From positions 25,110,001 to 25,174,000 of the forward strand of contig OZ076417.1 in the NCBI GenBank assembly GCA_964187785.1: a DNA stretch of 64,000 bases. Direction: 5' to 3'. The notes under the pieces are model-generated. The model was not told the origin of the DNA. It searched no databases and saw nothing but the letters and a program-made list of their open reading frames with translations. The first letter of the stretch is position 1, and each line of letters starts with the position of its first letter. Source of the DNA: Amphiscolops sp. MND2022 (taxonomy: Eukaryota). The position numbers were made by a program, and so were the translations under genes. Positions 1 to 13,900 of this stretch are shown here, piece by piece.

Positions 1-900
1 ATACGCAAAGCTAACTATTGAGGAAACACAAATGGTGAAAAACCAGCGAAAATTCACTCTCGGAGAAAAATTGCAACTGTATCCGTGATGCATGTTTGAA
101 ACGACCTGTTTGCATTCATTATTAAAACCCGGCGCGCTCCTATAATGCATAAGGCTCGTTGGTGATTCAATTGAAGTTTTAAATAAGTTTGAATTCATTG
201 TTGTCAGCTTATTGGAGGATAATTTGAGCGCGCTCGGTTCCTATCACAAACATGATCACAAAATGTAACTTTCGAAAGGCGACCAATTACTTATCTGAGG
301 TGCTATGAAACGCGTCACCTTGGGTGTCTTACGCGGAAATTAATTTTACAATTAATTTTACAATGCAATCAAGTTTTTGAAGGTTGGAGAACTACTGATT
401 CATCATGCTATGTTGTCATACCATACGTTTTCTTGAAATTTTTGGCAAATGATTATCAAAACGGTGAAATCTGTTTTGCATAAGAAGAGCTAAGCGAGTT
501 CAATACGCTTTTCAAACATTGAGAAATAACTAACGGCGGAGGTTACCGTTGAAAGCGCTGTAGAAATCAAAATTTCAAATGAAAGGTTTCTTTTAAAATA
601 TCAGTGATATTCCTCATTGCTGCGAGGTAATTAATAGAATCTAGAATATCACCTCCGTACACTTGATACTCAAATTTGATGAAATTTCCCACACTGCAGA
701 TTGTTCATGAAGGCTAATAGAAATGGCACAATAGCATTTGAAAAGACTGATGAAAAATTTTCGCAGTCAAAAAGCAAACTTTATTAACTTTTATTAAATA
801 ACTAATCATCAAAAATTGGCAATTATCGCGTTTAGACAACACAACACATGCACTAGCAACTACATTATATCAAGCTCAAACTAATTTACTGGGAGAACAT

Positions 901-2882
901 CAGGGTTGTCATGTTTTAAAACATGTTTTAAAACACGAGCATAAAAAACTGTTTTAAAACATGAGTATAAAACATGTTTTAAAACATTCAGACCCCTATT
1001 AGCATTGGTTGACTCGTATTCCAGATAAAGATATGGGACGAAAGGAGGACCCCATCTGGGCCTTTTTTAAGAAGATTGATGTTGACGGACGCAAGCGAGC
1101 GCAGTGCACACAGTGTCTGGAGGACATAGTCCCACTGGTCGAGCGAATGAGGTCGCATCAAGACAAGTGCAAGTCTCCAGCGGGTTCCGACGGCCCTAGC
1201 GAAGCGAAGAAGCTAAAACAGCAGACGCTGGGTTTCAAGGGGACAAAACAGGTCGAGCAACACGCCATCGATTTACAGTTAACCCGGTTAGTATGTCTCA
1301 AAATTTGATACCCGTAAAATAATTATTGTTATTGTTTATTATTATTTGTAATATTTAGTAATTATTTGTTGTTTAGGATGATTGTGGCAACAAACTCAAG
1401 CTTTAATGCGGCCAATAATAAGCAGTTAAAGAAATTGGTGGCAATGCTTAAGCCTGGGGCTATCATTCCGGATCGCCGCAACATCGGTGGAAATCTTCTG
1501 GATGAGATTTACGAGGAAGAGCAGGCCAAAGTGAAACATTTGATAAGTGGAATGAGCGCCACTATTGCAATCGATGGGTGGTCGACAATTACAAATCAAC
1601 CAATTATTGGAATCTGTATCTACGCGGCGGGGAACTGCTATTTAGTGGATACAATCGACACGACCGGGGATTCACACACAACAGAATTTCTGGTTGATTT
1701 GCTTCTGCATCAGATCGAAGAAATCCAGGAAAAATGGGAAGTCAACATAACTAGTGTTGTCAGTGACAATGCTGCAAACATGGCAGCCATGCGAACACGT
1801 ATCAAGGAGCTGGATCAAAAACTTCATACTTACGGATGCCATGCGCATATCGCTAACCTTCTGGTTATGGACGTGCTGAACACTACGGAATTCAAGTCAG
1901 TCTCCGGCAAGATCATGGCCGTTCTCAAGTTTCTGAAGCATACTCACGCTGGATCTTCGGCTCTTGCAGAGAAAAAACTGCCGCGACCCAATCTGCCATG
2001 TGAGACGAGATGGAACTCGTATTTGGACAGCTTCAGCTACTTTGTGACCCACTGGTCCTCTATAGCCGAGATAGTCAACGAATCTGGACTTACACGAACT
2101 GCGCTTGTCTACAGGAATATGGAGGAGATACAGCTCAAACGTTCAGCATCTGACGCATTAGCATTCCTGAAGCCTTTGGGTGATGCACTGGATCGCTTTC
2201 AGAGCGATTGCTGTACAATTGGAGAGGCGTACGAGATATGGCGCAAAATTGCTCAGCAAACCCCAGATCAATTTGCGATACATTTAGAGAAACGCAGGAA
2301 GATGGCAATAAATCCAGTGGTACTTGCAGCCAATCTGTTGGATCACAGGTATACAGGGAACGAACTCTCTCCGCTTGAAGTACAGGAAGCTATGGAATAT
2401 ATTGGCGAAATGGACGAACTCTATCTTGCTGAGACATCGAAGTTAATTGCACGCGATCAGCCGTTCGTGGAAAACTTGTTCAAGGAAGCATACAAAGAGC
2501 TTAAACCCGACACTTGGTGGAAATCCGGTGTCAAGATGGGATTCAATCCTGCCTTTGCGGAAGCAGCTGGAGCACTGGTTGCATCTGTGGCCTCCTCAGC
2601 TGGCTTGGAGAGACAGTTCTCAACGCTTGGCATGAGCTACGGCAAGCTCCGAGCAAATCTGGATTCCCAGAAGGCCGGAAAACTGGCTTTCTTGTACCGA
2701 CAGCTAAATGTTTAATTCAATATCGGATTGAATTCGAAGAATATTTTGCTGTAATTCTGTTTTCAATGAGCCATTGACCAAGTGGAGGAAAAAAACATAA
2801 AAAACCAAAAAAACGTGTTTTTTTCGATAAAATACATGTTTGTTTGTTTTTTACGTAAAAAACGTTTTTTATGACAACCCTG
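901..2882 (+). mobile_element. Complete hAT DNA transposon (1982 bp)
   Basis: Perfect 12-bp TIRs CAGGGTTGTCAT (901-912) and ATGACAACCCTG (2871-2882). Exact 8-bp TSD GAGAACAT at 893-900 and 2883-2890. Left subterminal AAAACATG/ACATGT arrays. Encodes a transposase. Confidence 0.95.
1033..2715 (+). CDS. hAT transposase with N-terminal BED zinc finger; join(1033..1286,1377..2715), ~530 aa
   Basis: BED finger (IWAFF...CTQC...H...C). A 90-bp GTTAGT...TTTAG intron (1287-1376) joins the two ORFs in frame. Catalytic motifs IDGWS, SDNAANM, CxxH (GCHAH), ETRWNS, LERQFS. Confidence 0.9.
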
Positions 2883-3436
2883 GAGAACATAGACAAAATT
2901 GAGGAGGTGAAAGCATTCGGCTAGTCAATGAATGAAATTGAATCGATGCAATAAATGATCTCAATTGAACAATACCTTTCAGCTGAAAAAGATGATGAAC
3001 CTTAGAAATTTGTAATATAAGACTGAATTATTTGGAGATTTTTGGAGTATCAAAACAGTCGGGCAAAATTAGTTTCGAAAAGTAAAAATTTTCATGTATA
3101 AAATTGGCATTTGCAGTTTCAAGAACACAGAAGTTCTTGAACTGCTTGTTGGCCTTATCCCTGTCTTGGGAACGAAAAACCCTTAGGAATGTATATGGTT
3201 ATAAGGAACTTCAGTTCGTGACACAAGCCTGGCCTTTTATTTGAGATAACCTTTCTTTCCTTTTTTGACTGATGTAATTTGTATACGGAGGTCTGTCAGT
3301 GGTTTTTGTCAAATTTTTAGGAGAAAATTGAAGAACCACGCTAACTAAGACCGTTATATTTTATATTATTTTTCGTGATATTTTTCTATTTTTTCGTTTA
3401 TCTAGAGATAACAAAAAATAATGAAAGCAAACATAC

Positions 3437-6400
3437 CTTCCTGCTGGATGTAGAACTCAGCTTCGTCCTCGGTGGACCTGGGAATGATGCCGGGGTCGAC
3501 CAGAGCAGCGAACCAGAGGTTGGACATGGTGGAGAACAGGATGAGAGACATGCAGATGGGCAGCGCAGGAGAAAAGTTGTTCCACAAGTACGGCGCACTG
3601 AAACGAGAAAGGGCCCTGTTTAATTGTGCTGAAACTATACAATTTGAATGTGTTATTAACCAGGGTTACAAGAAAATAGGGCAGTTATTAAATCTTTCAG
3701 CATTCAGGCCGTAATTCTAAAACTTAAAATAACCAAGTACAATCATTGCGTTATCGTGTTCTTTAAAAGGCTGGCACCTCTCTCGTTCACCTCTGACGTG
3801 ACGTTTCGTTCCAATTTTACCTGATTTTGAAAATGGGACTATTTGTTTCAGATTCGTGAACCCAGATCTCTAGCAATCACCCGTTAAAGTCTCAGTGGTT
3901 ACTCCTGGCCACCTAGACAATCGGAAATGTGAAACAACAAGCCGGGAACGGCATAAGTCGGCGACATATCTAAGGCTCAAAAATAGCAAAAGGACATGAA
4001 AGTGTAAAAAAAACTCAAAGTCAAAATAACAAAAAGAGTGTCAAACTCACGACAAACCCAAATGACGGAGCTGGCGCGCCATGTGCCCGCTAAAAGGGGA
4101 ATTCTTTTGCATTTTCAACATCCATTGTTGCAAAACATCAAAAAATTGAAGTGTGAAAAGAATTTGCGAAAAAAATCCGAAAAAAGTCTGACAATGCTGA
4201 AAAAACTGAAAGGGGGGACCCTTTGGGATTTTTTAACATCCATTCTGTCGCAAAACATCAAAAAATTGAAGGGGGACCCTTTGGGGGAAAATTTTTTTTT
4301 CGAAAAAAGTCTCAATGCCGAAAAAACTGAAAGGGGGACCCTTTAGTCTCTCACGCTATGGTATGTTACGCGGAAAAAGAGGAAAAAACCTTTTTGGTTC
4401 AGTTCGCTAGTCCAAATGAGTCAATTTGGGACCATAAAATTGTGTAGAACTTTTAAGAACTATTTTGGTCAGTTCGTGTGGATTGAAAAAAAAGTCACTA
4501 TAATAGTCGCGTTTCACTTCATGCCGCGCCGACTAAAAACATAAGATATCAGTTTTTGAAAGACGAAGCTAGCAATCAATGGAGCTTCCAAAACTTCATT
4601 ACTCCAATCATAAACGATTCGACAAAACGAAATGGTCAAAACAACACGAATTAGTCAATACGTATCCAGTTAGAACACAAAATCAACTGCTCTTCAAGAC
4701 TTTTCATTGTTTGCCGGACAAAAGTATTTCCTTTTACAGTTTCTGCAACTGTATTCTCTTGTATTGCGAAATGCTATTGTCGCAGCCCCCACAGAGCTGC
4801 GAAACATTAAACGAAGCGAGAACGCCTAAGGAAGAAGGCGGAGAAATTAACGAGAAGGAAACCAACGAAACGCACTATTTCTATTCAAATTAAAGTTGAG
4901 CTGATTGCCTTTTCAACATGCAGATATTAGTGCTAATGTGCTATTTAACCATGATTGCTAATTTAGTTAAAGTTTAAATGAATCAGATAACTTGTTGCTT
5001 CTAATGATTCACGTCATCACTCTGTCCAACCCTTCAGATTCCCCAATCCGAGCAAGTCGTCCGGAGAATTGCCCGTGTGTTAATTTACCAATGTTGCTTA
5101 AAATACCAGTTGACAGTGTTTATCGTTCAATTTAAAAGCCGAAATTTATTATTGAGTGCAGTTTGATATCAGTCTGATCAAAAGATAAGCATTTTCTTCG
5201 TGTAAAATTCATTCCCTTTTCCCGCTTCAGTAGCTAGGTTCATGAATTCCAGTGCCAACTTTGGTTCGGCGTCTCGAATTGGCTGGGAATGAAGAGGAAA
5301 AGGACGCGGAATTGGGATTCGGCAAGAAGTTGATTCCCACTTTTCCTTAAAAGTGAGATGACGCTGAACACCGAGTCCCGATGAAGTCTACCTAATTAGG
5401 ATTTTCCCGCTTCGGAAAGGACGCCGAATTGAACAATGTGTGATCTCCGCGCGAGATTGATCCCGCGTGTCTAGCGTAAAGTATAAATACCTGGAGCGGA
5501 ATTACGAAAATTATAATCTTTGCATCTTTACTTGAACCTGTATTTCACTTTGTAACTCATTTTCACAGTCTTGAATTTTCAATTTGCAAGTAATTTTACT
5601 TTGATCATTGCTTTGACTTTAATATTTTGCCGTTAGTAGCAATAACTACCTTTTGTACTATTTGAACAAAAGCTTGGTAATAGACTGAATTATTTCAACG
5701 GTTTAGAAGAAACCACCATATCCAATTGAATTGGAACCAAGCCAAAATTTTCCGCCCTAACCATGCCAGAGAAAACCCAAAAAAGGAAGTTGCGAAGAGA
5801 TCGGCCATAAGTGATCACGAAGTAGTTGAAACATCCAGCTCAATGGTTGAAGGAAACCTAGTCTGACTGATAGAGATTTCGAGGATGTCACGAACAAGTT
5901 AGAAAATAGGATGTCTAAGAGATACAGAACATAGCCAAAGAGAAATTCTGCGTATACTTGAGAACCTGTCCTCTAAGGTCAGCCTGTCAAACGTCTCACT
6001 AGAACAAGGAAGCTCAAACTCTAGAGCGGTACTCAAGAAGACGACTCCGCCAACTCATTGAGTAGTGAAAACGACATTTTAAAAGGGACCAGTAATAATG
6101 GTCACAACAACCAGAAGTTTTGCTTAATTTATTCAGAGAAAAACATGAGTCTCGATTTCCTTTTCCCCACATAGAGCACACTTGTTCCATACAATTTAGT
6201 TCGGTTTTCATACTATTAGTAAAACGAAACCGCACTTCAAAATTTCAGACTCGAAAAAGGTATTATTGTTAAAAAAAAGTAGCTAAAAGTCTTCCAATTT
6301 GTCTGTGAATCGAAATCAGAATGCACAAACAATGCTTCAAAGCAGATAACTTTGGAACGCGAAGGAAAACATAACTTTTTTACGACTTTTGATGTGAGGA

Positions 6401-7760
6401 TGGATCGAGTTCGACCGAACTGCCATAATAATTGAAATGTGATTTGATTTTAGATTCAATTTTAGGAGTTGAACTGATTATCAAAACCCGGCGCGCTCCT
6501 ATAATGCAACAGTTGTCCGTGATTCTTTTGATAATTTCTGCTTGAGGCTTTCATGTTCAATAAACATAGCAGCATATTTGTTAAGCATATCTGGAATAAC
6601 TATAAACTCCTGTTTAATTATTATATAGCGTACAATTAATCACTGTACTAGTTTACACCGCCTTTAATTCTTCTCGGACGAAAGAAAATATAACTACCAA
6701 GTGTATAGGAAATTTCGTATTCGCCTTTAAATGCAGACGAAGTTCTCGGAGAACGAATAATTAAACACTCATTCACTTCATCTCAATGAATTCGGCGTAC
6801 GAATGAAAAATTAACACTCACTCGCTTCATCGCGCGAATATTGAATACACTAACTGTCATCGGTAGCTTGAGAAACTTAAATCTCACGCTTATGCTCACA
6901 GCCGAACAAAATATTGAATCTTTTTGAGTAGGTACTCAGTTGATAAACATATATGTCTGATACTCGGCTGAAAAACTCCTCCGTACAGTTTCATTATTCC
7001 TGCTATCGCAGAAATAACAAATTTCCATCGCCTGCAACAGGGTGAATTTGTGACTTCATCAAGGTGTAGTACCAAAATTTCGTCGGAACAAAATTGTAGA
7101 ATATGTGCATTCAGAAAAATGTACATCCTTTGCCCTATACCAGGGTTATTTGTGGGGTATTCTTGAAAAAAAATCAATCATGTGGGAAAAAAATCAAAAG
7201 AAGTTAGTTAAGCGCACTTGGTCAGCCCCAATTGATCCAACCTTAGCACCTTTGCCAGCGTTGGTAGTTTTTGGTTTAGAAAATGTCGTCCGAAAAACGT
7301 TCATAACAAAAAAAAAACATACCCGAACAAATACTTCAAAAATGGAAAAGTAGAAAAACAGTGACACCAATGAAACATCAAAAAGTTGAAATTTTCACGG
7401 TCTTAAAAAGACCTGAAGGGTTCACTGGGTTTCATCGCAATCTGTATAACGCAGTAGTAGTTTCCGTAAACTCATTATATAATACAAAACACTAGAAATA
7501 GCAAGTGATAAATAAATGTAACAAATGACGACTACTCACTCGAAAATGAGAAAGAGTATACAGGGCAGCAGTATGAGGAAGTTGGTAACGACAAAAACCC
7601 ACAAACTTTTGGCCATGACTACTTTCCCCTTGCAGCAAATAGTGTTCACGCCCGGGAACCCATCCACGACCCTGCTCCTGCCTATCTCCTGGTCACTGCT
7701 CAACGTTTCATTCCTCGTAATGGGGCGCTTCAAATCCTGCTCGTCCTTTTCCATTCCCAT
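3437..7760 (-). CDS. zDHHC palmitoyltransferase paralog B (ERF2/ZDHHC9/14/18-like), exons 7540..7760 and 3437..3597; remaining exons not found in the window
   Basis: Exon 1 FPGVNTICCKGKVVMA...ILFLIF, exon 2 DAPYLW...AALVDPGIIPRST. GT-AG junctions in phase. The 161-bp exon 2 has the same length and phase as in paralog A. The DHHC exon is presumably left of the window. Confidence 0.8.
3955..4540 (+). mobile_element. Non-autonomous Helentron/HINE-like repeat, copy 1
   Basis: 5' AAGTCGGCG and 3' CGCCGACTA are inverted. 3' hairpin TAGTCG...CGACTA. Internal GGGGGACCCTTT repeats are shared with 35555-35880; related fragments lie near 9440-9560 and 13150-13345. Confidence 0.5.
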
Positions 7761-10700
7761 AGCACCGAAATTAGCCGCAAATTTTTAACTCCATTTTCAA
7801 AGACCATTTATGATTATGAAGAACTGTCTAATGAAAAAATTCGCTTTTCTTGATAAGTTTACAAAAACGCACCTTTGAGATCAATGTATTCGACATTTAG
7901 CTTATAAATGTTTCTGCATTTTTCCACAATACCCCTGAGTTGAGAAAAAATGCAATCCTTCGAAAAATCTTGCAAGATTCTTTCATGCAAGGAAAGAATT
8001 TTTCTCAACCAGGGTAGATAAATCTCTGGCACAAAGCTTCCAAAAACTGAATTACTGATTCAGCAGAATGGTAAAAAACTGCTTTTTCATCAATTTTGGG
8101 ATGATTCTAAAATGGCCTTTACTGTGTTTTTCACAAGTTGAAATACTGGGGTATTTTAGATTTGGGGGGTGACGCAACTGCTCATTTTGTTCGTTGATAG
8201 GTATCCGTTTTTGTGGATTTTCCTGTGATCTGTTTTTCACAATGGAGTAGAAGTCATCAAAAGCTGATATGTTCAAGTCAAGACATTCGCCAGTCTGAAA
8301 AGATTGTAACTGACTGAAAAACTGCTTCGAAGTTTGATCCTAATAGTCATTGTTCACGCCCAACATACTTGGTAATGTATTTAGTAGGTTAGGTGATTCA
8401 AGAGTTCTATCTAAACATCACGTGTGTGAAATGGTAATGAAACAAAATGAGCAACAAGGTTTTGGAAAAAAAAGGCTTTAATCACTTCAAAAAATCTCAA
8501 TGGCTTCAAATGAAGTACAACAAAGAAATGGAAAAGTATGAACTAAATTGTCAGGGAAGTTTTTCGTGGCAGGAAAATGACGTATGAAGATAAGCATTAA
8601 ATGAAACTCGAATTTTCAGAAACGTCAATCAATGCTGTTTCATTTTTCAGTTCTGAGAAATTCAATAAACAAAAACCGCTTTTTAACATGAAGCATATAG
8701 TGAAAACTTGAAACATGAGCGTTGTTTGAAACAGTAGACAAAACCAAAACGTGACTTGAAGTTTGACATGCTCCATATTCGTGGAAAGCAAAATTGAATA
8801 TTTTTTATCACTTGCATTTTTCGGAAACTATCCAATATCGCAACACTGGAGTATATCTTTCAACTTGGGGCCAAGTTTTCTCGCAACAATTCTTAAAATT
8901 CGATCCCTTCGGAGCTCACCAATTTTCCTTTTGAATTTTACCAGACACCAAACAAGTTTCACTAAAAATTTCCAAATCTGAAGCTGTTTTTACCTGAATA
9001 AAAGAATCATCCGGTACACTTGAACAAAAGATGATACACTTAAGGTAAATGAACATTTGCATTCAGTTCAAAAGCTTTCAGCTAACGATAAACTATTGAA
9101 GTAAACACACGATTTCCCTTCCCAACAAAAATTAGCTCACCCATGGCTCAAAGAGAACCGTGTAACACTAGATTGTTGAACAAAATGCGGGAAAAAGTGG
9201 TCTTGGTGGCGTAACAATATTGTTCCAGCTTAAGCAGAAATATCAAAAAGTATGATCCATGAGGAAGGCTAGTTTATATTGTTTTTTTTTCAAAAGTATT
9301 GTGAGCCCAGTAAAATTCACATTTAAAGCATCCAAAATTTGACGAAAAAAAGTGGCTTGACCTTTCGAGCTCACTCCTTCTTCACAGAAGCAAAAAAGCA
9401 CCAATAGGTGATCTTTTTATAACAATATCATTGAATTTGTTCGAAAATTTCTTAATGTCTCCAAAGGCTCCCCCTTGAATTTTTTTATTTTGCAACAAAT
9501 TGGATGTGAAAAAGGCCCGAAAGGGCCCCCTTTTACATTTTCGCCACTATGAGGCAGTTTCAATATTCTCATTTTTCATCTGAAATTGAGATTTTTCAAT
9601 ATATATCCACCAATAATTTTTTCAACACTATTCGAATTTTTGCGTTATACCCGAACTATATTGGATTTTACTAAAGCGGAAAAACAAGCGAACCTATTCC
9701 TTCCAGCACGAAGCCTTTGGTTGTTTCGACACTTTTATCTGAGTTTTTCATCTGAAAAAAGTCCTGAACATGTTTTAAAATCTTTGCGCTTTTTGAGCCC
9801 TAAGGGCGCCAACTTGAGACGTTCCCGTCTTGTTTGTTTTTCGCATGCATTAACATCGGAATTTGGTTTGAGGTAACAACTCTTGACATTTAAAGCGCAT
9901 ATTCTCGGTGCAATATTTGCTTTCAATTTACCTGAAGGATGCTTATCATCCCGTGATCACCCTCGAAAAGTTCCCCCAAATCAATTACACACATGATCTT
10001 GATAAATGTAGAATGAATCTATTCTCCGATATAGTAACTTTACACGACAAATGTTAACATTAGAATTTGTGATCTGAAAGCGAACACCACATATTAATGC
10101 ATTTGAGAGTAAGAACCTTAAACTTCGTCGAGGTTTCTCAAAGAAAGTTGGACCAAAAATTTTCGGAAGGAATTCGAAGAAACTTTTGTTTATTCAAAAA
10201 ATGCTATTCGGAGTTGTTTCTCGGGCAACTTGCACTGACAATTCACTGCATTTCACTGTCAGGTCCTGTCGTTTTCTGCCAAATCCCAGTAATCACAAAA
10301 ATCACAGTTGAATTGTATAATTTTTGAATTATTGGAATCGGAAATTCATTGTCAAAAATATAAAAAATCCAAACGATGGATTAAATTAAAAGCACAATTT
10401 TGGCATCTCTGGAATCAACTGAATAAAATTATAGACAATTTGATAAGCAAAATATACAATAGAATTAATTTGAACTAGCTAGCACATTCAATTTGTGGAA
10501 TGTTGTTTGATAGTTTTCAAAACTACGTTTGGCGAGCTATAACAAAAATATCTTTGAACTAAAGCAAGAGCAGCATTGTCATCAACAGATCTGTTGAAAC
10601 TATAAGCACATTTAAATAGGTCAAAAAAGAACTACTTGCAAGATTTGCATGAGCTTGGAAAAATCTTCCAATAAATGTAAAATACAGTCTACAGAGAAAA

Positions 10701-10910
10701 AATTTCCGTTGGCTAGTATCCAATCATTTTTTTGTTTTCACGGGTACTTTTACCTTGGAATCTATTTCTTCAACTTTGACACGTAAAATGTGGAATCTCA
10801 AACGGATTGCCACTTTTTGCTTTTTAAAAAAAGAATCATGACAATTCTGCATGTTTTACACAAAATTGGAAGTCAAGTAAAGGCATCAAACGTTTCAACA
10901 GGTCTGGTGA

Positions 10911-13900
10911 CTAGACATTGTAGGGAAACACTTTGTTGTGAGGTTGAGAAGCGCTGAGTCTGGGTTTGGCAGGCAGGTTTGAGACGTCCAACCAGACTGG
11001 GCTCCCGGCCACAATGGACTTTTTCAAGCGTAACAACCTGCAAAAATTAAGTCTAAATTAAATTAAATTTGATAAATCACAGTTTGAGATAATGAGATCG
11101 CCAACTTTAGTAGCTCTCCGGAAGCACTTCAGTCTGATTCCTTTTCGAACTATTCGTTAAGACTGATTCAAAATGAAAGGAAGACATGATCCATTTCTCA
11201 GTAATCTCATCAATTTTTCGTTTTGTGGTCTTCATATGGAAAGAAGGCTAATAAAGAAAAATAAAACTCTACCTTAACGAAAATACTGCGACTCAGTTTT
11301 CAGAGAACGAAAAATTACTTTCAACACGCGATCACTCAATGCGATCAAAACCTATTTCGCTTAGTCAAGAGAGAATATTTTGTAAAGATCGCCAGCTGGG
11401 AAAATTTGACTATGATCTTTAGTATTCCATCTTCCGGACATCTAAAAATACACAAAACTAAATTTTACATACTTTGTTCTTTCTTCGCTACCGTCTAATT
11501 TTCAGCCCATTTTCCATCAAGACGAAAATCTCTCGACCGAGACTTTTTTCCAATTTTTGCCATGCTAGTTTTAATGTTTTGGACAAATTTCAGTGTTTAT
11601 TGGCTAGGCTCGAGCCCTAAAATACGTTGTCGATTGAAAAAAGCAGAGCTGAAAATATTCAGGTGCTCAGAGCTGGCGCCTTGTTAAATATCCCAATTTG
11701 CTCGGCGTTTTTCAAACACATGAATACCAAGCGATACTGAAATCCGCCGTCTCTACGTGGCTTTACGTCTTGTGGTGAACTCTATTCTGAAGTTAAACTA
11801 TATCCAATGACAACCAGGTAACAAAAAAAGTGGTTTGTCTGGTCGTCGTTACCTGGGGTGACGAGGCCCACATAGCACCATGCAGCAATTGAGTATACAA
11901 CTGTGTCTGCTGAACGGACTGGTACCCTGTCTGTTCCTGTTGCACGGGGACCAGATGCCCCTCAACTCCTCCACCGTGGTCAACGCCAGACCCACTAAGT
12001 AGGTGTGCTGCATCACGAATGTGGCCACGCCCCCCAGAGTCAGGAAGAGCAGGGCGATGTTGATGAAGGTCACGGGCGACTCTCTGAAGGCCGACACCAC
12101 TTCCTTTTCCTTCACTACCACTGAAAAAAGCACAGCAATGACTCATTTTATCACAACAATGACTTTCATCAAAAAGGTAACATTTACAATTTACGTGAGA
12201 CAGTTCAGCTCACGAAGGAAATTTTGACTTAGAGAAGTATTGTAGGCTTGGCCGATAGTTTAATGATTGCAAACAAAACTGATTACTTCTTAGATTGTAC
12301 ACTTAAATTAAATTGCTACTACAAACCACCATAAAACTATTTGAAACCCCCTTTGAAAAATCATATGTATCCAAAAATTGGCATATTTTTTAACTGTTGA
12401 ATCTCAAGGAAAACAATTATGGAATTGTGTACAGCTTGAACTAGCCCGAGCATTGAGAACGTTCGTCTTGTGAATCAGATATGAATTATTGAGTCACAAT
12501 TTCGAGCCGGCGGATCAAAATCGGCTTTAGAGACTCAATTTGCAAGTTCTAAAAAATGTGAAGTGAAACTCATTGGCGAGCAGGAATAACGTCTAAATGC
12601 AAATCAAACAAGAATAACATCTAAATCCAAGTTATGCTCATTCCCTTTCCAATACATAGATTTTCAGACTTTGTTCCTTTAGGGTTTATTGCGCCCGTTA
12701 AACTCACAGTGCACTAAGTGGAAGACTGCAAAGCCGAAAGCGTAGACTAGGGCAAGAAGCATTGATGATAGAAAAAGATAGAAATGTCTGTAGTTGCGTT
12801 TGCCGATGCAGTTTCCCATGAAGGGACAATGGTGATCGAATACTTCTGAAACACAAAACAGTCAGTCACATTTCATACCTCACCAATTAACAAATCAAAT
12901 TAACACAAACCAGATACGACCAACAGAAAAAATGTAAATAAAAAATTATCAAAAGGCGCATTGACACGAATAAGGAAGTGCCATTCGTTTCATTTCACCA
13001 GCAAGTATTCTTGGCAGGTGGTGAAAAATCTGACAATATTATTTCAGCTTATTCTGTAAGAAAGCATCGTGTCTCGTCAAAACCTTTCGGCATTTGTCAC
13101 AAATACTATATTGAATACTAATACAAATATAAATACAAACAAATAGCCCACAAAATGGAATGCAGGACCCTTTGGATCATTTTGGCATTTTGCAGAATTT
13201 TTATGTTCACTTGGACATGATTGAAAAATACAATGAACTTGTAGAAAATCCACTATATTGGTCTCGCTTAATGTCATGAAGCGCCAACCATAAAAGAAAC
13301 GACTGTTACAAGCGATTTTGGTCTTAACTAAAAGCACCGACTAAAAACGCTGTATGATACAATTACTATCATTGTCGATTGTCGACCTGTCCCTTCTTAC
13401 ACTGGGGGCAATTTCTATCCATTTGAACATTGATGGTCTCTGAGCACTATAATCTATCTCAGCGGGGCATTTAGCCATTGGCCTTTACCGAGTTTGGCAG
13501 CATAGACCATCAGATCAGTAAAAACCGAGCACTACTGGACTGTCGGTTATCCCATAGACGGTCCAATAATTGACAGATAGGACACTAAAATAATAGTAGG
13601 TTTCTCACCGATACAGTTGTTGCAGCGACTGCAGTGAGATGCCCTGGGCGGTCTCCACAGTTTGCACGTGCTACACCACTTCTGCGACACCTCCACTCCC
13701 TGGACAGTCACATTCACCGGCTCGACGCCCAGACCGTCCACGTTCATGACTAAACAAACGCTGCTGAGCCGTGGAAAATATGGACCATTTATTCAATGAA
13801 TAGATTGTGGCTACAGAAATTGGCCGCCTATACGTTCTCCTCGCATTCGTATGCCTTGAAAAAAAAACAAACCGGGAACCTACTTAACGCTCAAAAAGCG

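Noticed and set aside
4990-6110. Possible LTR plus gag 5' remnant of another retrotransposon
   Set aside because: There is a TATA-like TATAAATA and a broken basic reading frame near 5763, but no second LTR, clear PBS or enzymatic motif supports a call.
6896-7177. 93-aa ORF that looks protein-like
   Set aside because: No recognisable motif or splice context; cannot be assigned without a search.
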